DNA of 64,000 nt. Source: Clostridia bacterium (GTDB lineage Bacteria; Bacillota; Clostridia; TANB77; CAG-508). Both the position numbers and the translations under genes were made by a program. Shown here one piece after another: positions 22,722 to 32,762 of this stretch. Below the pieces are notes generated by a model, which had not been told where the DNA came from, ran no database searches, and was given only the letters and a program-made list of their open reading frames with translations. The stretch is taken from positions 4,537 to 68,536 of the forward strand of contig JAAWAM010000015.1 of the NCBI GenBank assembly GCA_022792135.1. Reading direction: 5' to 3'. Positions within the stretch are counted from its first letter, which is position 1; each line of letters begins with the position of its first letter.

Positions 22722-23261
22722 AAATTTCTCCTCTTTGTTCACTTTATTTTATTCTATTATATCGTAATTATTTTCTTTTGTCAATAATTTCGTTTACTAT
22801 GCTAAACAAAATTTATAATTTCATGTATTTTGTTTAATGTATAATTTATGCATTAAAGAGTATCAATATTAAGTTAGTCGTTCGAGCATAGTGAGTTACG
22901 AATAACTTATGCAACCGAACATCGTGAGGTTGTATACCTATATAAAACTGTCCATAAGTACAATACTCATGGGTGTATTGTACTTATCGCCACTTTTTTA
23001 TTTTACACTATAATTTTGAAAAGAATTGATATTTGGCTAAGCATACAAGATTGAAATGTATGAGGCATACTCTTGTACGTTGATTACATTTCAAGCGAAG
23101 TACAACAACGCCAGATGCAATTATCTTCAAAATTAACCTACCTTTTTCTCATAATTCTTTCTAGCACATATTACTCTCTTAATATTGGAAGTAATTTTTT
23201 TAAAATAGGATTCACTTTTTCTTTCTGGCATATACTTTTTAAAGAAATAATTCGTTTTAGA

Positions 23262-23987
23262 TTATCTTTCTTCACCTTCTCGAGAATTTGGACTATAGTT
23301 TAAATTTTGTTCCTTATTATATAGAAATTCCCAAGAGTCATAGTTAGGGGTAAAATCATCTAATTCCTCAATTCTTTCTTGTAATGTCTTTTTTTTCATA
23401 GCAATATGATTTGTATCTAAATAATCTTTGATTTTTTGTACTTGTTCTAATACTTTTTCTTTGTTTCTTTGTAGTTGTTTTAATATTTTTTCGCCATCAC
23501 TTATATTGGTTAAATTATCACCCAATATCGTTAGTTCCCTTGTTTTTTTATCAGCTTGTTCTAGAATTTTTTGGGCACCTTTTTGTGTTAATGCGATTAT
23601 TGTTTCAGGTACCGTATCTTTCTTATCTGAATCCATTCCAGGGGAGCAAACATAGGTTGCATACTCTTTGGATATTTTAAAACTAAAATCGTTAGGATAT
23701 ACGAGTACACTAAAAAGTCCTTCACAGTCACTATCTGTTTCTGCTTTCTCAAATATGTTATCTAATAACTCATTTCCATCGTAATGAGCATCTATACAAA
23801 TTGAATTTGAGTCTTGAGCAATGTTTTTAAATTCCTCAAGCATAATTTTTTTTATTTTTGTTATATCTTCATAAGTTAGAGTGCTTTGATATCGAGGATA
23901 TTTTCTTTTTAAGTCATACAAAATGGAGGTCATAAATTCTGCAGATTGTTCTAAAATTCTTTCATTTATCTTTAAATTTTCGTTCAA
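23262..23987 (-). CDS. hypothetical protein
   Basis: 241-aa ORF with AAGGA RBS and TTG start; ends REGEER. Confidence 0.65.
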   Translation of the reverse strand: MNENLKINERILEQSAEFMTSILYDLKRKYPRYQSTLTYEDITKIKKIMLEEFKNIAQDSNSICIDAHYDGNELLDNIFEKAETDSDCEGLFSVLVYPNDFSFKISKEYATYVCSPGMDSDKKDTVPETIIALTQKGAQKILEQADKKTRELTILGDNLTNISDGEKILKQLQRNKEKVLEQVQKIKDYLDTNHIAMKKKTLQERIEELDDFTPNYDSWEFLYNKEQNLNYSPNSREGEER

Positions 23988-24158
23988 TTTAATTCAATCC
24001 TTTTTTATTAATTTGTTATATTTTATCATAATTATATAAAAAGAACCAGTATTTTATATAATTTAATATCTTTTTATGTTTCCATTTTAGAGCAAATTTT
24101 TTTATTTATATTCTGACTTCATTTTGTCTTGTTGTACAATAAAAATCTTTTACCTAGT

Positions 24159-24948
24159 TTAATCTTGTAATAAATCATAAAAATTTTGAAAAGAATATCC
24201 TTCCTTTTTCAAATATTGAATCGAATCTTTTAACGCCAAAGAACTATTACTAACATCAGTCGTATCATGCATTAAAATAACTAAAGTTCCGTTTATTTTT
24301 AGAAGATTTTTTTAAATTATCTAAAAGTTGTTGAGAGGAATATTTTTTAATCGAATCATGATTTAAACAATTCCAATCCACATAAGTATAATTCATATCT
24401 TCAAGAAGTTTTGCACATTTTTTCTTTTGAGATTTGTTATTAGGTGACATATAACCATTGGGAAAGCGGAAAATATGAGAACAATAATCGTTAACACCAA
24501 TGGCTTTACTAATTTCTTCATCTGTACTTTTAACTTCGTGGATAAAACTTTCTTTGCTTGCATACAATTTTTGATTATTATGGTCATAACCGTGATTTGC
24601 AATAAAATGACCTTCTTCATAAGCCCTTTTTACGAGTGCTGGGTGATGTGCAACATATTTACCAATTACAAAAAAGGTTGCTTTTACCTCTTCTTCTTTT
24701 AAAACATCTAAAATTTTGGGCGTTGCTTTTTGCGTAGGTCCATCATCAAATGTTAAATAAGCAACTTTTTCCTTCTCTTTATTTAAAGCATCTATTTTTT
24801 CTTTTAAACCATCATTAATGGCAGAATGAGACGATAATTCAATAGCCATAGAAAAGGGATGATAAAAAGATAGATAAATACTAAAAACTAAGAAAAAGGT
24901 AAAAACGATCATAAATAAAACTTTTTTCTTCCAAATAATAATTTTCAT
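24159..24948 (-). CDS. polysaccharide deacetylase (NodB/CE4), about 262 aa with +1 at CGG 24291
   Basis: LTFDDGP, ATFFVIG, NHGYDH, FRFPNG; the essential LMHD motif appears only in +1 after AAA-C-GGA (GTLVILMHDT). Confidence 0.85.
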
Positions 24949-25009
24949 ACAATCTCCTCATTTTAAATATATGAGGAAATAAGAAAAAAAGTCACATTTA
25001 GGATGAATT

Positions 25010-25699
25010 TTATGGAATCGTATTTGCTTCTTCTTGTGTAATATAACCATATTCTACCATTTTATTTAGGACATGAGATTGTCTTTTTTTAGCTAAATCA
25101 GGATTAACAGTGGGAGAATAAACAGAAGGGGCATTAGGAACACCAGCAAGCATAGAGGCTTCTCCTAAATTTAAGTCTTTTGGTTCCTTATTAAAGTAAC
25201 CCATGCTAGCATCATAAATACAGTAATAGCCATCTCCAAAGTAAGAAGAATTTACATACAAAGCAAAAATTTCTTGTTTGGTATAATTTTTTTCTAAATC
25301 ATAAGCACCAAAAACTTCTCCTAGTTTTCGGATTAGAGTTTTGTCTTGATGAAAGATGATATTTTTAGCAACTTGTTGAGTAATCGTACTTCCACCCTCA
25401 TCGAATTTACCATCACGAATATTGGTATAAAATGCTCGAGCAATTCCAATTAAATCAATTGGACCATGGTTATAATAGCGATGGTCTTCTACAGCAATAA
25501 CAGCATGAATATAGTTTTCAGGTAATTCATGAAAAGGCACATAATGTTCTTTACTTGTTACAGCTTCTACACGTTTAGTTAAAGATTTGTCATGTAAAGT
25601 ATTTGAATAATAGCCATAACCAATTAAAAAAAGAAAAATGCCTGCAAGTAGTAATAAAATAAAGAATACAAATAATAATTTTCCAATTACTTTTTTCAT
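25010..25699 (-). CDS. monofunctional peptidoglycan transglycosylase (GT51)
   Basis: AVEDHRYY, GGSTITQQVAKN, RKLGE motifs. Confidence 0.9.
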   Translation of the reverse strand: MKKVIGKLLFVFFILLLLAGIFLFLIGYGYYSNTLHDKSLTKRVEAVTSKEHYVPFHELPENYIHAVIAVEDHRYYNHGPIDLIGIARAFYTNIRDGKFDEGGSTITQQVAKNIIFHQDKTLIRKLGEVFGAYDLEKNYTKQEIFALYVNSSYFGDGYYCIYDASMGYFNKEPKDLNLGEASMLAGVPNAPSVYSPTVNPDLAKKRQSHVLNKMVEYGYITQEEANTIP

Positions 25700-25883
25700 A
25701 GTTGGTCTCCTATTGTTTTTTTTTGATTATATAACAGATAGTGTGATTTGAAAAGATAATTAAAGAAAAATTAAGAATAAAAAATGGAAAGATAGATAAG
25801 CAAAAATTTGTTTTGAGTAACTATTGACTTTTTTGTATAAAATAGATATAATGACCAAGTAAAAAAAAGAAAAAGGTGAGAAA

Positions 25884-26438
25884 ATGAAGGAACAATTTTT
25901 AGAACTATTAAAACAAGTAAAAAGAGAAGGAATCGAAGATTTAATCCAGTTTTTAGAAAAATCAGACTTTTTTATTGCACCAGCAAGTACTAGATTTCAT
26001 GGGAACCATGAAGGAGGATTGGTTGAGCATAGTATAAAAGTATATGAAATATTAAAACATAAAGTAGAAAATTGTATTATGGATATAGAAATCTCAGAGG
26101 AATCTATCATTCTAATTGGGTTATTACACGACATTTGTAAAACAAACTTTTACAAAGTAGACTTTAGAAATGCCAAAAACGCATTAGGAGTATGGGAAAA
26201 AGTACCTTATTATACAGTAGAAGACACCATACCATATGGACATGGAGAGAAATCAGTTATGATGATTACAGAATATATCAAACTAACACCAGAAGAAAAA
26301 TATTCTATTCGTTGGCATATGGGATATACAGAACCAAAAGAAAACTATAATGCAATCGGAGCAACTTATACAAAATATCCAATTGCCCTTTTAACACATG
26401 AGGCAGACTTAGAAGCAACATATTTTTATGATACTTAA
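25884..26438 (+). CDS. HD-domain phosphohydrolase
   Basis: APASTRFH..GGLVEHS, LLHDICK, GHGEKS, IRWHMG. Confidence 0.85.
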   Translation: MKEQFLELLKQVKREGIEDLIQFLEKSDFFIAPASTRFHGNHEGGLVEHSIKVYEILKHKVENCIMDIEISEESIILIGLLHDICKTNFYKVDFRNAKNALGVWEKVPYYTVEDTIPYGHGEKSVMMITEYIKLTPEEKYSIRWHMGYTEPKENYNAIGATYTKYPIALLTHEADLEATYFYDT

Positions 26439-26503
26439 AAATAAAAAAGGATTATTTTTTTAAGGCTATTGACTTACAGGGTAAATATTTATATAATAGT
26501 CAA

Positions 26504-26627
26504 AGAAAGTAAGAATAAGCAGAATGTGGTTGCCATCCCCTAATATAAAAAACACATTCTTGCTTGACGGTAGAATGTGTTTTTAAACTTTACATCGGCA
26601 ACCACATTTTGTGGTTTCTTATTTTCT
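26504..26627 (+). ncRNA. candidate short 6S RNA-like molecule
   Basis: TTGACT-17-TATAAT promoter (26469-26497); long rod with closing stem, central unpaired bubble and terminal stem; near rarA. Confidence 0.5.
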
Positions 26628-26697
26628 ATTTAAATTATAGGATATTTAAGTACAAATGTCAATAATTAGATAAAATTTAATTAGGAAGGAAATAAAA

Positions 26698-27330
26698 ATG
26701 TTAGCATATATAAAAGGAACCTTAGAAATGAAAATGACAGGATACATTGGTATCGATGTAGGAGGATTAGGCTATAAAATATTCATGTCAGAAACAGGAA
26801 TCGAAAGATTAGGAAACATAGGAGAAACCATAAAAGTCCATACACATTATAGAGTAAGAGAAGACGACATTAGTATCTATGGATTTAATACATTAGAGGA
26901 ATTAAAAATGTTTGAATTATTACTTGGGGTAAGTGGAGTAGGAGCCAAAACAGCATTAACTATGCTTTCTATATGTGAACCATCAGAATTTGCCTTAGCT
27001 GTTATATCAGAAGATGTAAAAACACTAACTACGATACCAGGAATTGGCCCAAAATCTGCCCAAAGAATCATACTAGAATTAAAAGATAAAATAAAAACAG
27101 AACAACAAGTAGAAGCCATTAAAAATCAAATAGACGGAACCACACCAATAAGCATTAAAATGCAAAAAGCAATGATTCATAATGAAAAACAAGAAGAAGC
27201 CATAGCAGCCCTTCAAGTATTAGGTTATAACAAAAAGGAAATTAACAAAGTATTTGAAAAAATAGAAATCAAAGAAATGACAGTAGAAGAATTAATCAAA
27301 AAAGGATTAAATCTTTTAGGAAATGGCTAA
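26698..27330 (+). CDS. ruvA: Holliday junction branch migration protein RuvA
   Basis: IDVGGLGY, VREDDISIYGF, VSGVGAKTA, IPGIGPKSAQRIILELKDK. Confidence 0.95.
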   Translation: MLAYIKGTLEMKMTGYIGIDVGGLGYKIFMSETGIERLGNIGETIKVHTHYRVREDDISIYGFNTLEELKMFELLLGVSGVGAKTALTMLSICEPSEFALAVISEDVKTLTTIPGIGPKSAQRIILELKDKIKTEQQVEAIKNQIDGTTPISIKMQKAMIHNEKQEEAIAALQVLGYNKKEINKVFEKIEIKEMTVEELIKKGLNLLGNG

Positions 27331-27356
27331 TGAGGGACAGGTACACATTAGCCATT
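27322..27356. repeat. REP-like palindrome (GGGACAGGT family)
   Basis: AATGGCTAATG-AGGGACAGGTACA-CATTAGCCATT; related copies at 41271-41344 and 45534-45598. Confidence 0.6.
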
Positions 27357-27375
27357 CATAAAGAAGGAGGAGAAG

Positions 27376-28607
27376 ATGAATTCCAATGAGCCATTAGCCT
27401 TTCGTATGAGGCCAAAAACATTAGAAGAATATGTAGGGCAAGAACATATCCTTTCCAAAGATAAAATACTATATAGAACGATCAAAGCAGATAGACTATC
27501 GAGTATTATTCTATTTGGACCTCCAGGTTGTGGAAAAACGTCACTTGCAAGAGTCATTAGTGAAACAACAAAATACAAATTTTATAAAATCAATGCGGTA
27601 ACAGCAGGGGTTGCAGATATTAAAAAGGTAGTGGAAGAAACTAAAAACTTTATGCTTAATCCAGGAGGAAAGAGTATTTTATTTATTGATGAAATTCATA
27701 GATTTAATAAATTACAACAAGATGCCTTACTTCCATTTGTAGAAAATGGAACCATAATTTTAATTGGAGCAACAACAGAAAATCCATATTTTGAAGTCAA
27801 TAAAGCGTTAATATCAAGATCCATGGTCATTAAATTAAATCCATTAACAGAAGAGAATATTTATCAAATTTTAAAAAATGCATTAGAAAGAAAAGATGGA
27901 CTTCGGAGAATATAACATAAAAATAGAAGATATGACATTAAGAAAATTAGCCAGAATAGCTAATGGAGATGTAAGAACAGCACTAAATGGATTAGAAATA
28001 GCAACACTAACAACTGCTATGAGCGAAGATGGATTTATTCATTTAACCGATGAAGTAATTAAAAATAGTGTGCAAAGTAGGAAAGCAATTTTTGATAAAA
28101 ATGGAGAAGAACACTACGACAACATCAGTGCTTTTATCAAATCTATGAGAGGTTCTGACCCAGACGCAACTGTATTTTATTTAGCAAGGGCATTAAATCG
28201 GAGGAGAAGACCCCATGTTCTTAGCAAGAAGAATTGTAATTTGTGCTTCAGAAGATGTTGGTATGGCAAACCCAAATGCTTTAGTAGTAGCCAATAGTGC
28301 AATGCAAGCAGTACATATGGTAGGAATGCCAGAAGCAAGAATTATTTTATCACAAGCAGCCATCTATGTAGCAACTTCAAAAAAATCAAATGCTTCCTAT
28401 TTAGCAATTAATCAAGCATTAGAAGATGTACAAAATAAAGAGACAGGAGAAGTTCCCATGCACATTCGAAATGCACCAATTGAAAAAATGAGAGAACTAG
28501 GTTATAACCAAGGCTATTTATATCCACATGATTTTCCAGGACACTATGTAGAGCAACAATATCTTCCCGATAAAATGTTAGGAACTCAATATTATAAGGA
28601 AGAATAA
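27376..28607 (+). CDS. rarA: replication-associated recombination protein RarA/MgsA, about 409 aa with +1 at CGG 27904 and CGG 28199
   Basis: PLAFRMRP, GPPGCGKT, DEIHRFNK, GATTENP; joins as DGL-GEYN and ARALN-GGEDPMFLARRI..ASEDVG. Confidence 0.9.
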
Positions 28608-28707
28608 ATGCTAAATGAACTACCATTTCTAATTTTAAGAAATTTACTCAAAAAATTCATAAAATTCATAAAAAATGGAGAACCTACTAAAAAGTAGGTT
28701 TTTATTT

Positions 28708-29082
28708 ATGGAAAAAGAAAATAATTTGATAAATACAATTAAAAAAATCATAATAGGAATGTTAGCTGGTATCGTAAGTGGACTATTTTCAACAGGTGGA
28801 GGAATGATATTAGTACCAGCTTTTATACATCTATTAGAATTAGAAGATACAAAAGCACGAGGTACATCCGTATTTTGCATTTTACCAATGGTAGTCACAA
28901 GTAGTTTTTTCTATTATAAAGGAAATTATATCAATTGGAAACTTGCCCTTCTATGTGCCATAGGAGGAGCCATTGGTGGTTATATGGGCGCAAAATTACT
29001 AAAAAAGTTACCAGAAAAGATATTGAAAATGGCATTTACAATATTTTTAATTTATGTATCTTTTAAAATGATAACAACTTAG
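28708..29082 (+). CDS. TauE/SafE (TSUP) family permease, half-size
   Basis: GIVSGLFSTGGGMILVP, ARGTS. Confidence 0.85.
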   Translation: MEKENNLINTIKKIIIGMLAGIVSGLFSTGGGMILVPAFIHLLELEDTKARGTSVFCILPMVVTSSFFYYKGNYINWKLALLCAIGGAIGGYMGAKLLKKLPEKILKMAFTIFLIYVSFKMITT

Positions 29083-29130
29083 TAGAAGAATATATTCCAA
29101 GTAGAACAAAGAGATAGAAAGGGAGAAAAT

Positions 29131-29511
29131 ATGATAGAAGTTTTCATTGGAGTGGTATCAGGAATTGTAAGTGGAACAGGAATGGGAGGAGGAACGATTC
29201 TAATCTTTTTACTTACCTTTATGATGGGAATTGAGCAACACGTAGCACAAGCAACCAATTTAATTTTTTTTATTCCAACTTCAATTGTGGCTATTATTGT
29301 AAATTTAAAAAATAAAAACATAGATTTAAAATTAGCTATTATGCTATCAATATTTGGAATATTAGGAGCCATTATTGGAGCCAATCTATCCATTCATATT
29401 GATGTCTCTATTTTAAAGAAATGTTTTGGAATCTTCTTAGCAATTGTGGCTGTAAATGAAATATATTCCTTAACAAAACAGTATAAAAAATCAAAAAAGA
29501 CAGAATACTAA
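29131..29511 (+). CDS. TauE/SafE (TSUP) family permease, half-size
   Basis: SGTGMGGGTILI, QHVAQATNL. Confidence 0.85.
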   Translation: MIEVFIGVVSGIVSGTGMGGGTILIFLLTFMMGIEQHVAQATNLIFFIPTSIVAIIVNLKNKNIDLKLAIMLSIFGILGAIIGANLSIHIDVSILKKCFGIFLAIVAVNEIYSLTKQYKKSKKTEY

Positions 29512-29533
29512 ATAAAAAAGAGAGGTGAGTATT

Positions 29534-29674
29534 ATGAAATTTATAAAAGGTGTTATGATAGGAAGCTTAATCACAACAGGATTTGTTATGATGTATAATG
29601 AAACAGGAATGATGAATAAAAAAACGATGATGAAAAAGGGAAAGCAAATGGCAAAAAAGATAGGAATTATATAA
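29534..29674 (+). CDS. small 46-aa membrane-anchored protein (not in the ORF track)
   Basis: GAGGTG RBS; MKFIKGVMIGSLITTGFVMMYNETGMMNKKTMMKKGKQMAKKIGII*. Confidence 0.65.
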   Translation: MKFIKGVMIGSLITTGFVMMYNETGMMNKKTMMKKGKQMAKKIGII

Positions 29675-29762
29675 TAAGAATCGGTATTTAAATTGAGAAA
29701 TTCAATCTAAATACCGATTTTTTGACTACTTTTATCTAAATAAGAAAACCAAAAAATATAAA

Positions 29763-30269
29763 CTAGAAGTTTACTTCTTTAAAATCTTCTTCTTTTAGAC
29801 ATTCTACTTTTTTATGACAATGTTTTTCTTCTTCACATTTATGATAATGTTCTTTTCTATCATCGATAAAACAATCACATTTATCACATTTGTCACCTTT
29901 TAAACATTTTGCTTCATGATGACATTTAGCGCATATTTTAATTTTTTTTGTATCATTTACCCATATTTGTAAAGCATATTCTTTTCCAGGGCATAAAGGT
30001 CCAAATACAAATTCTCCTTCTTTATCTGTAAAAGTATGACCAATTGGTCTTCTTTCTTCTTTTCCATGTTCACAAACAACCTCAACTAATTTAACAACTG
30101 CGTTATCTACTGGTTCTTTAAAACAGTTTTTAACAACACCATAAATTACGTCACGATTATCTTCTGGTAAAGTAATATCCAAGTCAAATTGTTTACCTCC
30201 TGAAATTACACCATCTACATCTAAGATTGGACAGTGTGGTTTTCTAGCGTCCATTTCCATATATCTCAT
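29763..30269 (-). CDS. Cys/His-rich protein with carboxypeptidase-regulatory-like domain, possibly spore-associated
   Basis: VIYGVVK..PVDNAVVKL..HTFTDKEGEFVFGPL; Cys-rich tail. Confidence 0.65.
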   Translation of the reverse strand: MRYMEMDARKPHCPILDVDGVISGGKQFDLDITLPEDNRDVIYGVVKNCFKEPVDNAVVKLVEVVCEHGKEERRPIGHTFTDKEGEFVFGPLCPGKEYALQIWVNDTKKIKICAKCHHEAKCLKGDKCDKCDCFIDDRKEHYHKCEEEKHCHKKVECLKEEDFKEVNF

Positions 30270-30457
30270 TCCTTTCTTTGTTTACAACATAAATGTTGTT
30301 TAATATATCATATGAATAAAATGACAAAAGTTGAAACTTTTTGTCTCATATTTTAGAAAAAAATAAAATATCGTGTAAATTAAGAAAGAAAATAAAAAGG
30401 AATATTTATATTTTCAGAAGCATAGAATGAAAGTAGCTTGAACTAGGAGGTTTTTTT

Positions 30458-31234
30458 ATGTTTTTGGTATTTAACAAACAAAAAATATATACATATGCGG
30501 TATCATTAGTAACGGTAGTTGTACTATTTTGTGTAGCTAGTAGTTTCAATCATACCAATCAAAATACAGTTCAGACTTCAGTAACCAATCAAAAAAGATT
30601 ACCAATTTATCATGTGCAGACAGAAGAAAATAAAGTAGCCTTTACTATGAATTGTGCTTGGAATGCAGATGATATTGACAGTATTTTAGAAACATTAAAA
30701 AAGAATGATACAAAAATAACCTTTTTTATGGTAGGAGACTGGATTGACAAATTCCCAGAAGCGGTCAAAAAGATACAGGAAGCAGGACATGAAATTGGTA
30801 GTCATAGTAATACCCATCCTCATGTTAACAATTTAAGTTATGAAGAAAATATAAACGAAATTGAAAAAAGCAATGACAAAATTGAAAAGATAACAGGAAA
30901 CAGAACCAAAATATATCGAGCACCTTATGGGGAATATAATGATACGGTAATCAAAGCAGCACAGGATAAAGGGTATCAAACCATCCAATGGAACTTAGAT
31001 ACCTTAGATTATACTGGGTTAACAGGAAACGAAATGTGGAATCGACTGAAAGATAAAATAAAACCAGGAGACATTATACTAAGTCATAATGGAACCAAAC
31101 ATACAGCAGATGCACTGGATATGTTACTTAAAAACATAAAAGCAAAAGGAGTAGAGGTAGTAAGAGTATCAGACTTAATATATCAAGAAAGTTATACCAT
31201 TAACAACAATGGAACACAAATAAAAAATAAGTAA
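30458..31234 (+). CDS. sporulation-type polysaccharide deacetylase (PdaB-like)
   Basis: LPIY.VQT, FTMNCAW, HEIGSHSNTHP, RAPYGEY, ILSHN. Confidence 0.85.
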   Translation: MFLVFNKQKIYTYAVSLVTVVVLFCVASSFNHTNQNTVQTSVTNQKRLPIYHVQTEENKVAFTMNCAWNADDIDSILETLKKNDTKITFFMVGDWIDKFPEAVKKIQEAGHEIGSHSNTHPHVNNLSYEENINEIEKSNDKIEKITGNRTKIYRAPYGEYNDTVIKAAQDKGYQTIQWNLDTLDYTGLTGNEMWNRLKDKIKPGDIILSHNGTKHTADALDMLLKNIKAKGVEVVRVSDLIYQESYTINNNGTQIKNK

Positions 31235-31294
31235 TGTATAAAGATGAAAATACTGGAAACAATAAAAACATAAAATGAGATAAGGGGATAAAAG

Positions 31295-31798
31295 ATGACT
31301 TTTATTGGAGTAATTTCAGAACATAAAAGTTTCGAAAGGATAAAAGAGAAACTAGAAAATAAAGAAATGAAATTCATTCATATTCATAAAAACAGTATAG
31401 AAAATATAAAAAATATAAAATTTGAAATGATTATCATAAATACAAATTTAGAAAGTTTTCAACAAAAAGAGAATATTCTTGAGCAAATATGTTTTCGTAC
31501 AAAATATTTAGGAATTAATACAGATATCAATTTGAAATTCGACTTATCAAATCAAAGTAAAACCAATATCATCACTTATGGATTAAATCAAAAAGCAACG
31601 GTAACTGTTTCGAGTATAACAGATAACAATATTTTGGTTTATTTACAAAGAAATATAAAAAATAGAGAAGGAAACATAATTGAAGTAGGCGAAAAACGAA
31701 TTAGAATAAACGAACCATGTAAACTAAAAACGTATGAGATTTTAATAATTTATATCATAAATTTAATCAATCAGAATTCCATAATGGAGGAAATATAG
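31295..31798 (+). CDS. hypothetical protein (Mur-ligase-like fragment)
   Basis: IITYGLNQKATVTVSSI..LQRNI motif. Confidence 0.6.
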   Translation: MTFIGVISEHKSFERIKEKLENKEMKFIHIHKNSIENIKNIKFEMIIINTNLESFQQKENILEQICFRTKYLGINTDINLKFDLSNQSKTNIITYGLNQKATVTVSSITDNNILVYLQRNIKNREGNIIEVGEKRIRINEPCKLKTYEILIIYIINLINQNSIMEEI

Positions 31799-31958
31799 GA
31801 AAAATCTAACTTTTTTTAGAAAAATTAACTCTTTATGTAGACAAAACCAAAAAAAAGGTGTATAATAAGAAATGTAAGTCAATTGTACGTAAAGAAAAAC
31901 AAAATGATAAAAAGTTTTGTAAACCGAGGATAAAATAAAAAAATAGGGAGGAAAAAAA

Positions 31959-32660
31959 TTGGATACAAATTATTTAGAAAACAACTATTTAACATTAGTT
32001 GGTAAAGTTACAGGAGAAAAAAAATTCAGTCATGAAATTTATGGAGAGAGTTTTTATATTTTTAACTTAAGTATACCACGTTTAAGTGGAAACAATGACA
32101 TCATACCAATCACAATTTCAGAAAGACTAATCAAAGAAGATACCTTACAAGAAGGAAAGAAATTATTAGTAAAAGGACAATTCAGATCTTACAATAGTTA
32201 TGAAAATGCAAAAAATAGATTAATCCTAACCGTTTTTGCAAAAGACATAGTAGAACTTAAAGAAGACGAACAAGAAGAAGAAAACGAAATCATAAGAAAA
32301 GAAACCATAACCAATGAAGTCGTATTAATCGGATTTATCTGTAAAAAACCAATTTATAGACAAACACCATTTGGAAGAGAAATATCAGATATTTTATTAG
32401 CAGTCAATAGAGCCTATAACAAATCAGATTACATTCCATGTATTGCATGGGGAAGAAATGCAAGATTTTGCCAAAACTTAGAAGTAGGTAGCCAAGTAAA
32501 AGTAATAGGAAGAGTACAATCAAGAACCTATGAGAAAAAGCACGAAGATGGAGCTGTAGAAACAAGAGTTGCTTATGAAGTTTCAATTGGAAGTTTAGAA
32601 GTCATAGAAGAAAAAAATGACGAAAAAGAAATAGAAACACAAAAGCAAGAAGCGGTATAA
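31959..32660 (+). CDS. single-stranded DNA-binding protein (tandem OB folds)
   Basis: FSHEIYGE, RLSG, GQFRSYN, RQTPFGREI, SDYIPCIAWGRNA. Confidence 0.88.
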   Translation: MDTNYLENNYLTLVGKVTGEKKFSHEIYGESFYIFNLSIPRLSGNNDIIPITISERLIKEDTLQEGKKLLVKGQFRSYNSYENAKNRLILTVFAKDIVELKEDEQEEENEIIRKETITNEVVLIGFICKKPIYRQTPFGREISDILLAVNRAYNKSDYIPCIAWGRNARFCQNLEVGSQVKVIGRVQSRTYEKKHEDGAVETRVAYEVSIGSLEVIEEKNDEKEIETQKQEAV

Positions 32661-32762
32661 AAGGGAAAATAAATTTTATAAAAAGTTTCAAAAGTATAGT
32701 CTTTTGAAACTTTTTTTGGTATAATTTGAAAAGTAAAAAAATAAAAACAAAGGAGAAGTCTC

